Source: an uncultured virus (IMG/VR IMGVR_UViG_3300021976_000009) (Duplodnaviria > Heunggongvirae > Uroviricota > Caudoviricetes). From it: DNA of 64,000 bases. Each line of letters opens with the position of its first letter. The first letter of the stretch is position 1. Positions 9,425-21,780 of this stretch are shown piece after piece. The stretch is taken from the IMG/VR virus record IMGVR_UViG_3300021976_000009; one strand, given 5' to 3'. Below the pieces are notes generated by a model. That model was not told the DNA's origin. It saw nothing but the letters and a program-made list of their open reading frames with translations, and made no database searches. Both the position numbers and the translations under genes were made by a program.

Positions 9425-9970
9425 GTGAATAGCGTCGTTCTTAACGCGGGTGCCGGTTTCGATCCCGAACCTATCGGGTTTGTTGATGTTCTCAAGGTGA
9501 CTGGACGATTTTTCGTTCAGATTATTCGCCAAGGGAAGGTGATCTTTGAGGACTTTTTCAACGCCGTTACCAATGAAGGTCTGAACAATATGCTCGGGGT
9601 CACCTTTCACGGTGATACCCAACAGACCGCCTGGTACGCTCTCCTGATCTCCGGAACATCGTTCTCCGCTCTTGCTGCGGGTGACACGATGGCGTCTCAT
9701 GCCGGTTGGATTGAATCGGTCGCTTATGATGAAGCAACTCGCCAACAATGGACTGCCGGGGCAGCCGCCGCCAAATCCATTACAAACGCGGTGGCAATGA
9801 CATTCACCATTTCCGCTGACGGAACGGTAATCAAGGGTATTGCGATTTGCTCTGATAATACCAAATCCGGTACCACTGGTAAGCTCTGGTCTACTGGACT
9901 GTTCTCAGGTGATCAGACTCTTCTGGACGGTGATCAACTCAAGATGTTGTACACTGTCAATCTCGCCTGA
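9425..9970 (+). CDS. Virion structural protein, paralog of 28308-28883
   Basis: Shared N..TN.G...L, H.GW.E...YDE..RQ.W, S.NTK.GTTG.L motifs. Confidence 0.7.
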   Translation: MNSVVLNAGAGFDPEPIGFVDVLKVTGRFFVQIIRQGKVIFEDFFNAVTNEGLNNMLGVTFHGDTQQTAWYALLISGTSFSALAAGDTMASHAGWIESVAYDEATRQQWTAGAAAAKSITNAVAMTFTISADGTVIKGIAICSDNTKSGTTGKLWSTGLFSGDQTLLDGDQLKMLYTVNLA

Positions 9971-10001
9971 TCGTTTCTCTATTAGAGTCGAGTAGGAACC
10001 T

Positions 10002-12647
10002 ATGGCACAGACGCTCAGTGGAACTGGTATCGCACATTATCTATCTCGTGCCGATGGCGATGCATCCAATGCTTCCACTTGGGCTGTAGTTGATCCACTT
10101 TCTTTTCAGGACCTTATTAGTTCCAATGGAATAGGAACTTTTTTCGACGAATCCTCACTTTCGACAAGTAGTCAGACAACTTATAAAAAGTCTGTTATAC
10201 CTTGGACATATACCTCTTCGCCGCCGACAATTGATGGTATTGCGCTTAAACTGAATAGTCATACAGGAGTGGGAACCCTAACAGTAGCATTGGATATAGC
10301 CAATGTTGATGTTGCAGGCACCGTAGTAACATGTAATCTTACTGATCTTCCTGCAACCGGCTGGTTTTTCCTGAAGTTTGCGGCTCCCGTTACTTTATTA
10401 ACGTCGACTTATACAGTTAAGTTTAAAACTTCTGTCAATGGTACCGTTACCTTAAGATGTTCCGGTGGCAGTGTATTTCCGCAACTTTTACGCACAACGA
10501 CTACCGGAGTACCCCAGGCAACTTTGACGCAAAGAGATAATCTTTATATCATGGGGGAGATTACGGGAGCAGGTGCAATATCTAATAGAGTTGTGACCTG
10601 GGATATTACCGCTAATAATTTTCCTTATAATTCAATTACCGTCAGCTCCTATGCAACAGTGAATCTTGAGAATGCTCCCAGCAACGATTATTATATGCAT
10701 TCACAATGCGATATTCGTATCTACGCTGGCGGAATAATGAACATTGGAACTATAGGTACTCCTGTTGATGTAACTTCGACATTTACGGTCACATTGCATC
10801 CAACGACGACAAGTACCCTTACTTCCTTTGTCGTTATCACTGGTGGCACTTTAAATTGTTATGGTTCACCGAAAACGGTAAAGACTCACCTGACAGCCAA
10901 TGCCAGTGCAGCGGCGACCTCAATCACGGTAGATGATGCTACAGGTTGGGAAATTGGTGATCAAATTGCTTTAGCGGGTACGGGAACGGTATATTCGGAT
11001 TGTGAACAGGTTGTAATTACTTCGGTTTCCGGAACAACGATTGGTATCGCTCCATTAGCACATGCACATTTGGGTACAATACCGAGACAAGCTGAAGTTA
11101 TTAATCTTACACGAAATATACGTTTTGTAGGTTTCTCTTCAACTTCCAAAGCATCTTTTGCAAATATGAATGGTAATCTCTTAGGTCAAACTCCTTTTAG
11201 TGGCTCCACAGTTTTACGTTATGTTGAATTTGGAACATTTATGGGTTTGACTGGTGCAGATACAAGTGCAACCCTTTATCTTAATAGTTATACCAATGGC
11301 ATTGATATTCAATATTGCTCAATTCATCATGGAGCATCAAGTGTAATTGGCGTGTATATTGACGTGCTCAGTGGACCCATTACATTTGCAAATAATGTCA
11401 TTTTTGATTATAGAGATAATCATTTATTAACTAATTTATCAGAAGCTTTTACAGGAACGTTGGCTGTTGATTCTAATGTCTTCATGTATAATCCCACTAG
11501 CACGAATATGATAGTTTGGGGATTATCAGAACCCGCGACATTTACCAATAACTATCTTATCGGAGAATGGGGTAGTATAACCGGATGCTTCCTTGAGATT
11601 AAGGCTCAAGGTCTTGTTGGTACAATGACTGGTAATACGATACATTGTTCATCAGCTTATGGTATCAATGTAACAACAGTACAAGTTACTAATTATTTTC
11701 AGTGGAACTCTGCCACTTGGATAATTTATGATGTAACAAATCTATTAGAATTTAGCACCATACTAGTACCTGCAATTGTTAGCATTAATGGTATGACTGC
11801 TTTTAATTTTACAAATGGTATCTGGTTCAAAAAGCATTTTGTTGGCGATTTTTATGCTAACGCATTGTTTTTTGATGATGGTACTTATGGTATCTTATCA
11901 GATGCCCTTAATAATTCTGTTTCAGGAATGCTAATTGATAACAGTGAATTTTCATCAATGACGTCTGCGGATATCGCATTTATTGATCCAACAATCATCA
12001 CCATGCTATTACGTAATACAAAATTACTCTCAACCATCCCGATTTTTGGTCAAGCGAATATGCTTGGTGGTAGTACGATACGTGCAAGTCGTCATCAACA
12101 AATTGACGGTAACTATAGTGAATGGAGACCTCAAGGTATAGAAACACCGGATTCGGTTATTTACGATGGGCTGGCTCCCTCTATTAGAGTTAAGCCTAGT
12201 GGCTATGCAACTTGCAACCCTTTTTACGTAGCTGTAGGTAATGGGCATTCGCCCACCGTCTCTGTGCGAGTTAGAAAGAGTGTACTTGCCGATCCTAGTG
12301 GACAAGCTTACTCTGGACCACAACCGCGATTGATTATGGTACATGATCCAGGTGTAGGTGTTACTACAACCACTATTCTTGCAACCATGACAGTCGGTAA
12401 TGGTACTTGGGAAACTTTAATAGCAGCAATTCCGGCAGCAGTTGGTAATTGCGTTTACCAATTCCTTGTTGATTGCGATGGTACAACGGGTTGGATCAAT
12501 ATTGATAATTTCACCACAACTGAATCAGGTTCTGATACAGGAGCTATGAATTTCGCTTTCAATGGTCGATCCTTCGTTGCCCTTGGAAGTGGTACTAATA
12601 CTGTTGTTCACGTACCAATACCTATGATTCGGAAAAAGGTAATATGA
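10002..12647 (+). CDS. Large spike/adhesin-like protein with G8-like domain and beta-helix
   Basis: GGIMNIGT...GGTLNCYG...GWEIGDQIAL...AEVINLTRNIRF, then N-rich parallel beta-helix-like repeats. Confidence 0.65.
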   Translation: MAQTLSGTGIAHYLSRADGDASNASTWAVVDPLSFQDLISSNGIGTFFDESSLSTSSQTTYKKSVIPWTYTSSPPTIDGIALKLNSHTGVGTLTVALDIANVDVAGTVVTCNLTDLPATGWFFLKFAAPVTLLTSTYTVKFKTSVNGTVTLRCSGGSVFPQLLRTTTTGVPQATLTQRDNLYIMGEITGAGAISNRVVTWDITANNFPYNSITVSSYATVNLENAPSNDYYMHSQCDIRIYAGGIMNIGTIGTPVDVTSTFTVTLHPTTTSTLTSFVVITGGTLNCYGSPKTVKTHLTANASAAATSITVDDATGWEIGDQIALAGTGTVYSDCEQVVITSVSGTTIGIAPLAHAHLGTIPRQAEVINLTRNIRFVGFSSTSKASFANMNGNLLGQTPFSGSTVLRYVEFGTFMGLTGADTSATLYLNSYTNGIDIQYCSIHHGASSVIGVYIDVLSGPITFANNVIFDYRDNHLLTNLSEAFTGTLAVDSNVFMYNPTSTNMIVWGLSEPATFTNNYLIGEWGSITGCFLEIKAQGLVGTMTGNTIHCSSAYGINVTTVQVTNYFQWNSATWIIYDVTNLLEFSTILVPAIVSINGMTAFNFTNGIWFKKHFVGDFYANALFFDDGTYGILSDALNNSVSGMLIDNSEFSSMTSADIAFIDPTIITMLLRNTKLLSTIPIFGQANMLGGSTIRASRHQQIDGNYSEWRPQGIETPDSVIYDGLAPSIRVKPSGYATCNPFYVAVGNGHSPTVSVRVRKSVLADPSGQAYSGPQPRLIMVHDPGVGVTTTTILATMTVGNGTWETLIAAIPAAVGNCVYQFLVDCDGTTGWINIDNFTTTESGSDTGAMNFAFNGRSFVALGSGTNTVVHVPIPMIRKKVI

Positions 12648-13111
12648 GAGGCGTATATACTGTCCGTCAGCAAATTGCTTCCCTTTCGACGGCAAAAACC
12701 GTTTTACTCGGCACGGTTCCATCATCCTGTGTCGTCGAGATACTTGAAGCCTATCTTACGAACGCTAATCAGAGCACATTGGAGCAGTTGGATATTGGTT
12801 TGTTTCTTGTTACCACTCTCGGTACGCCCACGGGCACGACCATTTCAGCCGGTAATGTTCAGAAAACTGAGGGTGGTTCGCCCAATACCGTTGTGACCTG
12901 GCTTGGTGATCTTACCGGAGAGCCAACCGCCTATGATGCTAACCCGCTCCATGTTGAGGGTGTCATCAACGTTGGCGGTTATCGCTATGAGCCTGTCCCG
13001 GAAGCTCGGAGATGGATTGGCGTTAGTAAATCCTTTGGATTACGTATCCTAGTGAATCCAGTAAATTCGTTCAAAGCGGAATGTGTAATCACCTACCGTG
13101 AAGTGGGGTAA
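12644..13111 (+). CDS. Hypothetical structural protein
   Basis: ATGA overlap within the virion operon. Confidence 0.7.
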   Translation: MRGVYTVRQQIASLSTAKTVLLGTVPSSCVVEILEAYLTNANQSTLEQLDIGLFLVTTLGTPTGTTISAGNVQKTEGGSPNTVVTWLGDLTGEPTAYDANPLHVEGVINVGGYRYEPVPEARRWIGVSKSFGLRILVNPVNSFKAECVITYREVG

Positions 13112-13114
13112 CTT

Positions 13115-14479
13115 GTGCCCTATGTCTTGGGTCAAAGTTTTCCGAGACCCTTTGCAGGGTACACTTACCCGCGTAAAAAGCGAGACTACTTTCCCGCAGC
13201 TTCGCCGACCACTCGAATTATCAATGAGGCAATTAGTCACAGTGTTGCAGTTACAGATTCCATTTATCTTGGTCGTGTGCTACTTCGGCATATCGTTGAT
13301 ACGGTTACTGTCAGTCAAATAGTTACAAGGATTGGATTTGTCTATACCGTCTCGTTAGCACATGATGTTACAGTCTCCCACTCTATTAGATTAAACAGAG
13401 TATATTTCAAAAGTGTTATTCATAATGTGACAGCTGATCAGAATATGAATCAGCAACTTATCATTGTCCACACTGTCACGGTAACTGATGAAATCGTTGT
13501 TAATAAGATCATTAATCGTAATATAGTTGATAATGTCGCAGTGACTCATGCCAATTTTATTAGTTCGCCAAGATTCATTTCTCTATCAGACACGGTATTA
13601 GTTACCGATATAGTATATGGGAGATTAGGAACTTATCATTTGGAAATCGTGGATACTGTCACTGTTACAGATTTTATTAGTGAACGTTTAGGTACTTTTC
13701 GGATTTCTCTAGAAGATACGGTGACTGTTAATCAGATCGTTCGCCCAATTGATGCCATCTATACTCATAGCATTGTTGATAATGTCACAGTTACCGATAA
13801 GATTAATACCGTTTGGAATAAGCATATTGTCCATGATGTAGCAGTTACACAAACAATAAGTGCTAAAAGGCATATTACCAGAACGATTAGTACCCTTGAT
13901 ATTATCAGTGCCATTGGCAAGCAAGATGAAACTTTTGAACTGGTAGAGAGCGATCTAGTATTTTCTGAATTTACTTGCAATCTGGACATTCTCCGCGATT
14001 TTGAGGATAGTTCAATCAATGATGATATTCTCAATGCCACTTTATTCATTCCTAACCCAGGGCCGCATCCGCCAGTACCAGGGATACCGACAAGTTATGG
14101 CTTCCTAACTCTATTAGAGACGATCTATGGATCAATCATACTACCATTACCGGAGTTGAATGATACTCAAAAGAACAATGACACAATCAATGTTCGGCGG
14201 TCGATGGCTGGCACGCTCCATGCGTACATTAAGCGAGTTCCTACGCAAACGCTCCAATATAGTTTTATCCTGGATTATCCGAAAGCACTTGAACTCAAGG
14301 CATGGGTAAGAACGAACTTTGCACAATTTATCAAGTTAACGAATTTCAAGGGTGAAATCTGGCAAGTGAAAATTCTCAATGACGATCTCAATTTGGTTAA
14401 TGAGAGTCGCTATTCCGGTAACGCTCGGCAAAAGACAACCGTCACTCTAGAATTCGAGGGAGTGAAAACAAGTGGGTAA
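13115..14479 (+). CDS. Structural protein with about 22-aa (H/D)xVxVx(D/Q) repeats and a tail-like C-domain
   Basis: IVDTVTVSQ/LAHDVTVSH/IVDNVAVTH repeats; C-domain resembles 29116-29829. Confidence 0.7.
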   Translation: MPYVLGQSFPRPFAGYTYPRKKRDYFPAASPTTRIINEAISHSVAVTDSIYLGRVLLRHIVDTVTVSQIVTRIGFVYTVSLAHDVTVSHSIRLNRVYFKSVIHNVTADQNMNQQLIIVHTVTVTDEIVVNKIINRNIVDNVAVTHANFISSPRFISLSDTVLVTDIVYGRLGTYHLEIVDTVTVTDFISERLGTFRISLEDTVTVNQIVRPIDAIYTHSIVDNVTVTDKINTVWNKHIVHDVAVTQTISAKRHITRTISTLDIISAIGKQDETFELVESDLVFSEFTCNLDILRDFEDSSINDDILNATLFIPNPGPHPPVPGIPTSYGFLTLLETIYGSIILPLPELNDTQKNNDTINVRRSMAGTLHAYIKRVPTQTLQYSFILDYPKALELKAWVRTNFAQFIKLTNFKGEIWQVKILNDDLNLVNESRYSGNARQKTTVTLEFEGVKTSG

Positions 14480-14711
14480 TCGAATTGAAGTCCGTTTGGA
14501 CACTAAAGATGGTCTCTTTGTTACAGATATCGTGATATTGCCATTTCTTGAAATGCCTGACGTTATCGTTTGGGGCGAACGTTATTTCGTACCGAAAAGT
14601 TCTTGGGCTTCCAATGGCACAATGAAACACGTTTACAGGGAAGCTTTTGCTTACGCTGCCCCTATTTACACCACTGCCGCTGGTCCTAAAGGGGGCACGT
14701 TGCCACCATGA
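14472..14711 (+). CDS. Hypothetical protein
   Basis: Overlaps both neighbours in the operon. Confidence 0.55.
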   Translation: MGNRIEVRLDTKDGLFVTDIVILPFLEMPDVIVWGERYFVPKSSWASNGTMKHVYREAFAYAAPIYTTAAGPKGGTLPP

Positions 14712-15163
14712 GTCCGATAATTTCCTATGGAACTCTATTAGAGGCACAAGCCTATTTCGATGATGCTCGTCTCAATGCGGAAGCTTGGGATGAGTCTATC
14801 GAAGAAATTCGCTTGAAAGCTCTTAAGTCAGCCACGATCAAGATTGATCGTCTGAGTTTCAAAGGGACACAAACCTATATCGGGCAGGTTCGTGAGTGGC
14901 CACGAAATGGTGCAGTATTAGTTATCGACGATATTAAGATAGCATGTTTTGAGATTGCATTGGCATTGTTAGATGGTGTTGATCCCGACCTGGAAGAAGA
15001 AGCTCTTGGCTCCATGACAGATGCATATGCGACCATTCGGATAACCTCCGATCCGAATATTCGCAAAGACCACATTCGAGCAGGCATTCCAAGTACGGAA
15101 GCGTGGAAACATTTACTTCCTCACTTGAATGATCCTCTCGACTTACACATTCGGAGGGGCTAG
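14708..15163 (+). CDS. Head-tail adaptor (DnaT-like phage protein family)
   Basis: SY.TL.EA.AYF...W...AL..AT..ID...F.G...WPR...IK.A..E.AL pattern. Confidence 0.7.
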   Translation: MSPIISYGTLLEAQAYFDDARLNAEAWDESIEEIRLKALKSATIKIDRLSFKGTQTYIGQVREWPRNGAVLVIDDIKIACFEIALALLDGVDPDLEEEALGSMTDAYATIRITSDPNIRKDHIRAGIPSTEAWKHLLPHLNDPLDLHIRRG

Positions 15164-15172
15164 GACACTAAA

Positions 15173-16018
15173 ATGCGAAATTCTATTAGAGAAATCAGTT
15201 ACGTTGTCCCTTTGTTCATCATCCCGGCAAATCGGTACTTTGAGGACCCGCCGCCTTCTGATGATCCTCCGGGAAAAACTCCGGAGCAAATTGAAGCGGA
15301 AAGAAAGGCCGCTGCCGGAGGCACTGGAGAACGTAAGTTCACTCAGGCTGAAGTCGATCGGATCGTCAAGGCCGATAAGGACAAGGCCAAGCGGGAACGG
15401 GACAAATATCTAGAAGATTTGGAGACTCTCAAAGCTCAAGGGCTCACGCCCGAGAATATGGATTCTCTTAATCAACGGATCGAAGCTCTCCAGAACGAGG
15501 GCAAAACGAAGGAACAGCTTGCTTCCGAAGAACGTGGCAAGTTAGAGAAGAAGTTTAAGGGTGAGATTGAGAAGGAGCAGACACAATCCAAGTTCTGGAA
15601 ACAGAACTATGAGCAATTTCGATCGCAAACTGAAATCCTGACCGCTGCAAGTGCTCATAAGGCATTTAACAACGATCAGGTCTATCAAATTCTACGACCT
15701 AACACCGTGATGGTGGAGAAAGTCGGTGAAGATGGCAAACCTACCGGGGAATATATTCCCCGGGTCAAGTTCCAGGATGAAAAAGACGGACAAGCGGTTA
15801 CGCTTGACCTGTCCGTCGCCGAAGCTGTCAAGCGTATGACCGAAATGGAAAGACATCAAAATCTTTTCGAGTCGGGTGTTTCTGGTGGCTTGGGTGGCCA
15901 CAACAATGGTAGGTCAGGTTCTACCGGGACTACTACCGTCCCAACAGACACGAAATCGTATATGGAGGCTCGGAAAAAAGATCCGAACCTCCTCAGAAAA
16001 GGTAACGTCAAATCATGA
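15173..16018 (+). CDS. Capsid scaffolding protein
   Basis: FTQAEVDRIV motif, coiled coil, Gly-rich C-terminus, directly before the capsid gene. Confidence 0.8.
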   Translation: MRNSIREISYVVPLFIIPANRYFEDPPPSDDPPGKTPEQIEAERKAAAGGTGERKFTQAEVDRIVKADKDKAKRERDKYLEDLETLKAQGLTPENMDSLNQRIEALQNEGKTKEQLASEERGKLEKKFKGEIEKEQTQSKFWKQNYEQFRSQTEILTAASAHKAFNNDQVYQILRPNTVMVEKVGEDGKPTGEYIPRVKFQDEKDGQAVTLDLSVAEAVKRMTEMERHQNLFESGVSGGLGGHNNGRSGSTGTTTVPTDTKSYMEARKKDPNLLRKGNVKS

Positions 16019-17472
16019 TCACTACTTTCGGAATCAGCAACTTCAAAAAGCGGAAGGTCATTTCTCTCAGCCGTCGTGGCATCAGAGCGGGTGGTTTGCT
16101 CCATCGTGATAACACTTTGGATGCCTTCAACATCCAACTCTGGGCCAACGAGAGCCTCGCGATTCTATTAGAGAATATGGTGATGGGCCAGTTGGTCCAT
16201 CGCGATTTCGATAGCATGATCGCGGCCTACGGCGACACGGTGAACGTCAGGAAGCCTGGTCAGTTCACTGCCAAGCGGAAGACGAATGCTGACTCGGTGA
16301 CGGTCCAGAATGCCACGGCGGTCAATATCCCAGTGAAACTGAACCAGCAGGTTCACGTTTCTTATCTCATCAAGGACGGCGAAGAGTCGATCGCGTTCAC
16401 GAGCGTCATTGACGAGTTCCTTCGTCCGGCCATGATCGCCAACGCTCGTTTCATCGACCATGTTCTTTCGTCCCAGGTCTATCAGTTCCTGGCCAATTCG
16501 GCGGGCAAGCTCGGCGGCATGGACAATACGAACGGGAAGAGATACATTCTCGACACCCGTGCGGCCATGAATGCCAACAATGCCTGGATGAACGATCGTA
16601 ACCTCGTGCTGACCAGTGCAGCCGAGACGATCATGCTCGATATCGAGCAGTTCACTGATGCTCAGCGAGTTGGTGATGATGGCACGGCCCTTCGGAATGC
16701 TAGCCTTGGGCGAAAGCTCGGGTTTGACATCCTGATGGCTCAGAACCAGCCCTATATCACGGCACAGACCGGCGTGATTACGGGAGCCGTTGACAATGCG
16801 GGCGGTTATGCCGCCGGAGCAACTTCCATCACTGTCGATGGACTCTCTGCCGCCATCACAACCGGAACGTATGTCACTTTCGCAGGTGACATGACGCCTC
16901 ATCAGGTCGTGAGCACCACGGGCGGTACAACTCCGACCGCAATGGTGATCACTCCTGGCTTGAAGTACGCTGTTATCGACACGGCGGTGCTTACCCTTTA
17001 CCCGAAGGGTGCGACCTCGGCTGAGTACACTTACGATAGCGTAACGCAACTCGGTTACGCCAAGGAGATCGCGGTCACCGGCTTTTCAGTTGCTCCTCAG
17101 GTGGGTCAACTTGTTTCTTTCGGAAGCAACACGACACTCAAGTATGCCATTATCGATGCCAATGGTACAGCAGGCATCACACTTGATCGTCCGATTGAGG
17201 CGACGATCGCTAACGGTGCGACCGTTAACCTCGGCCCCTCTGGCTCGTTCAATTTCGCTTTCCATCCCAACGCACTCACCCTCGTGACACGGCCGATGGC
17301 CATGCCTCGCCAGGGCACCGGAGCATTGTCGGCGGTGGTTGATTTCATGGGCCTCTCTATTAGAGTTACCATCACTTACGATGGCAACAAGCAGGGTCAC
17401 TTGGTGACACTCGACATCTTGGCTGGGGTCAAGGTGCTCGATGAGGACCTCGGAGCTGTCATGTACAGCTAA
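16015..17472 (+). CDS. Major capsid protein, P22 coat-like, with inserted beta domains
   Basis: WANESLAILLEN.VM..LV.RDF, GDTVNVRKP, NFAFHPNALTLVTRPM, LDILAGVK; C-ending codon bias. Confidence 0.9.
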   Translation: MITTFGISNFKKRKVISLSRRGIRAGGLLHRDNTLDAFNIQLWANESLAILLENMVMGQLVHRDFDSMIAAYGDTVNVRKPGQFTAKRKTNADSVTVQNATAVNIPVKLNQQVHVSYLIKDGEESIAFTSVIDEFLRPAMIANARFIDHVLSSQVYQFLANSAGKLGGMDNTNGKRYILDTRAAMNANNAWMNDRNLVLTSAAETIMLDIEQFTDAQRVGDDGTALRNASLGRKLGFDILMAQNQPYITAQTGVITGAVDNAGGYAAGATSITVDGLSAAITTGTYVTFAGDMTPHQVVSTTGGTTPTAMVITPGLKYAVIDTAVLTLYPKGATSAEYTYDSVTQLGYAKEIAVTGFSVAPQVGQLVSFGSNTTLKYAIIDANGTAGITLDRPIEATIANGATVNLGPSGSFNFAFHPNALTLVTRPMAMPRQGTGALSAVVDFMGLSIRVTITYDGNKQGHLVTLDILAGVKVLDEDLGAVMYS

Positions 17473-17498
17473 TCGGCGGTTGTACATGACAGTCGGGG

Positions 17499-17550
17499 AC
17501 TCTCCTAGAGTTATGGGCCAAGGTGAGGGACGCAACTCTAGGAGAGTTTT
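17499..17550 (+). terminator. 14-bp stem hairpin plus short T tract after the capsid gene
   Basis: ACTCTCCTAGAGTT-N21-AACTCTAGGAGAGT-TTT. Confidence 0.45.
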
Positions 17551-17568
17551 ACTCTCGAAAGGATCGGG

Positions 17569-18078
17569 ATGCTTCTTTTTGCATTGTCTGATGCGGTATT
17601 GGCACAATTGATCACAGCAACTTTAACTTTGATAGGAACATGCTTTTCAGGATATCTGACCTATCTCATGGCCAAGTTGAATAAGGATCAGAACAGGCAA
17701 GCTGGAATAATTGCCAATGAAGCGCATGAAGTAAAAAATACTTTGGCAGATAATAATCGTGCAAATATCCATAAATTGTCCAATATCCAACAGATTTCGA
17801 CAACTACCAATGACCTATTGGCATTGAACACTGAGGCAATTAAATCAACTTCTAGTGAAACTATTGGCAAATTAGTAACTATTGAGACTACGACTAAGAA
17901 AGCTGAGCAGCTTGCTAATGGTACTCTCACGGAACAGTTACGTTTGAATATGGTAGTTACGCAACAACTTGCTGCACTTACGAAGGACCCAATACATATT
18001 GAAGCCGCGAAATTAGCGGAAATAAAATATAACAAACATGTGGAAGAGGATAAAAGACAAAAACGGGAGAGTCAATGA
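17569..18078 (+). CDS. Membrane-anchored coiled-coil protein (possible lysis accessory)
   Basis: One N-terminal hydrophobic helix. Confidence 0.6.
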   Translation: MLLFALSDAVLAQLITATLTLIGTCFSGYLTYLMAKLNKDQNRQAGIIANEAHEVKNTLADNNRANIHKLSNIQQISTTTNDLLALNTEAIKSTSSETIGKLVTIETTTKKAEQLANGTLTEQLRLNMVVTQQLAALTKDPIHIEAAKLAEIKYNKHVEEDKRQKRESQ

Positions 18079-18340
18079 GTATGGTTATTGCGAGGGCCAT
18101 TACAAACGTACTACTGTTATTTAGTCTCGTTTTTAATGGCCTGTTAATATATTTCATGTATCATGCGAGTAGAAATCAGAAAAGTCTCCTGAGTAAGTTA
18201 CTTGTTGAACTTGCTAAATTGAAAGATGTTCTTACAAAAGTTTACGAAAGAAAAAGTGAAGAGCTTAATGAGCTAATGTCACTTAATTTAAAGACACAAA
18301 CTCTATTAGAGTCTTTGATTGAAAAGGCGGAAAATAAAAA

Positions 18341-18344
<4 letters not shown>
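18075..18344 (+). CDS. Small membrane protein
   Basis: N-terminal TM segment; ATGA overlaps. Confidence 0.6.
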
Positions 18345-20877
<2,533 letters not shown>

Positions 20878-20889
20878 GGAGAGGATATA

Positions 20890-21165
20890 ATGGCTGCCGA
20901 CCTGACCCAAAAGAAACAGAATTTCATCATCCGATTAACGGATGAAATTAACACATTCGTTGATGCTCAAATGAGGTTAACTGCCCTTATGAACGAATAT
21001 GTTCGTTTAGGTTATGCAACCGCGATCGTTGATGCCGATCTTATAGCGTCAACTTCTAAACACATTGACAAGGCTATGCTGACTGCCGGTCTAGACACTA
21101 TCAATGTTCTGGAAACTTCGATGGCCGGAGTACATGGCACTAACTTGAATAGATTCCGGCGATAA
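20890..21165 (+). CDS. Hypothetical protein (possible fibre chaperone)
   Basis: Strong RBS AGGAGAGG; follows the fibre gene. Confidence 0.65.
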   Translation: MAADLTQKKQNFIIRLTDEINTFVDAQMRLTALMNEYVRLGYATAIVDADLIASTSKHIDKAMLTAGLDTINVLETSMAGVHGTNLNRFRR

Positions 21166-21181
21166 TCTATTAGAGAAACCA

Positions 21182-21733
21182 ATGCCATTTAACGTTGGAA
21201 ACTTATTCAATGGTGATGGACTGGCCATAACTGCTATGCCAATACATTCTGAAACAAGGAGTATTCCGCGTTGGATAATGGCTTCGTGTCGCCATTTCTT
21301 TCATGATCGTCGTGGTCAATTTCCCATGTTCTTTGAGCATACCGGAAGTAAGAATTTACGAACCGATGCCGGTGGAAAAATCGTTGACTATTTCGAGTTT
21401 CGGTTAGATGGACCTTTCTCCATCCAACATAGCAAAAATGAAACAGAGTATGCTATCGAAATCAATGTCCTGTGTATTAGCAATCTCAAAACGAAATATA
21501 CTGATCAGATCGAAGTGATGGTTGGAATTGCTGCTGCATCATTTGAACTTAGCATACCTGTCTTCCGTTTTGGTGATCAACCCCAAGACGATCAGTCGTT
21601 TGTTGGTTGCCTTAAACTTGTACAAGGGAAAAATGAACAAGTTCGTGTAAGTCGTTTCGGACAGGCTAATCCTGATACCGAAATCGTTCAAGCGAGCGTC
21701 GAAGGCCACTACACGATGAGATTGGTCCTCTAA
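21182..21733 (+). CDS. Putative tail terminator
   Basis: Size and position just before the tail tube gene. Confidence 0.5.
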   Translation: MPFNVGNLFNGDGLAITAMPIHSETRSIPRWIMASCRHFFHDRRGQFPMFFEHTGSKNLRTDAGGKIVDYFEFRLDGPFSIQHSKNETEYAIEINVLCISNLKTKYTDQIEVMVGIAAASFELSIPVFRFGDQPQDDQSFVGCLKLVQGKNEQVRVSRFGQANPDTEIVQASVEGHYTMRLVL

Positions 21734-21780
21734 ACAGGACACCTTCCTTTAAGGAGCGACTCTATTAGAGTCGGAACGCA

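Noticed and set aside
16168..17049. Long antisense ORFs (also 45464-46345, 50647-51366, 19454-20224)
   Set aside because: They are shadows of strongly codon-biased or repetitive sense genes and show no protein motifs.
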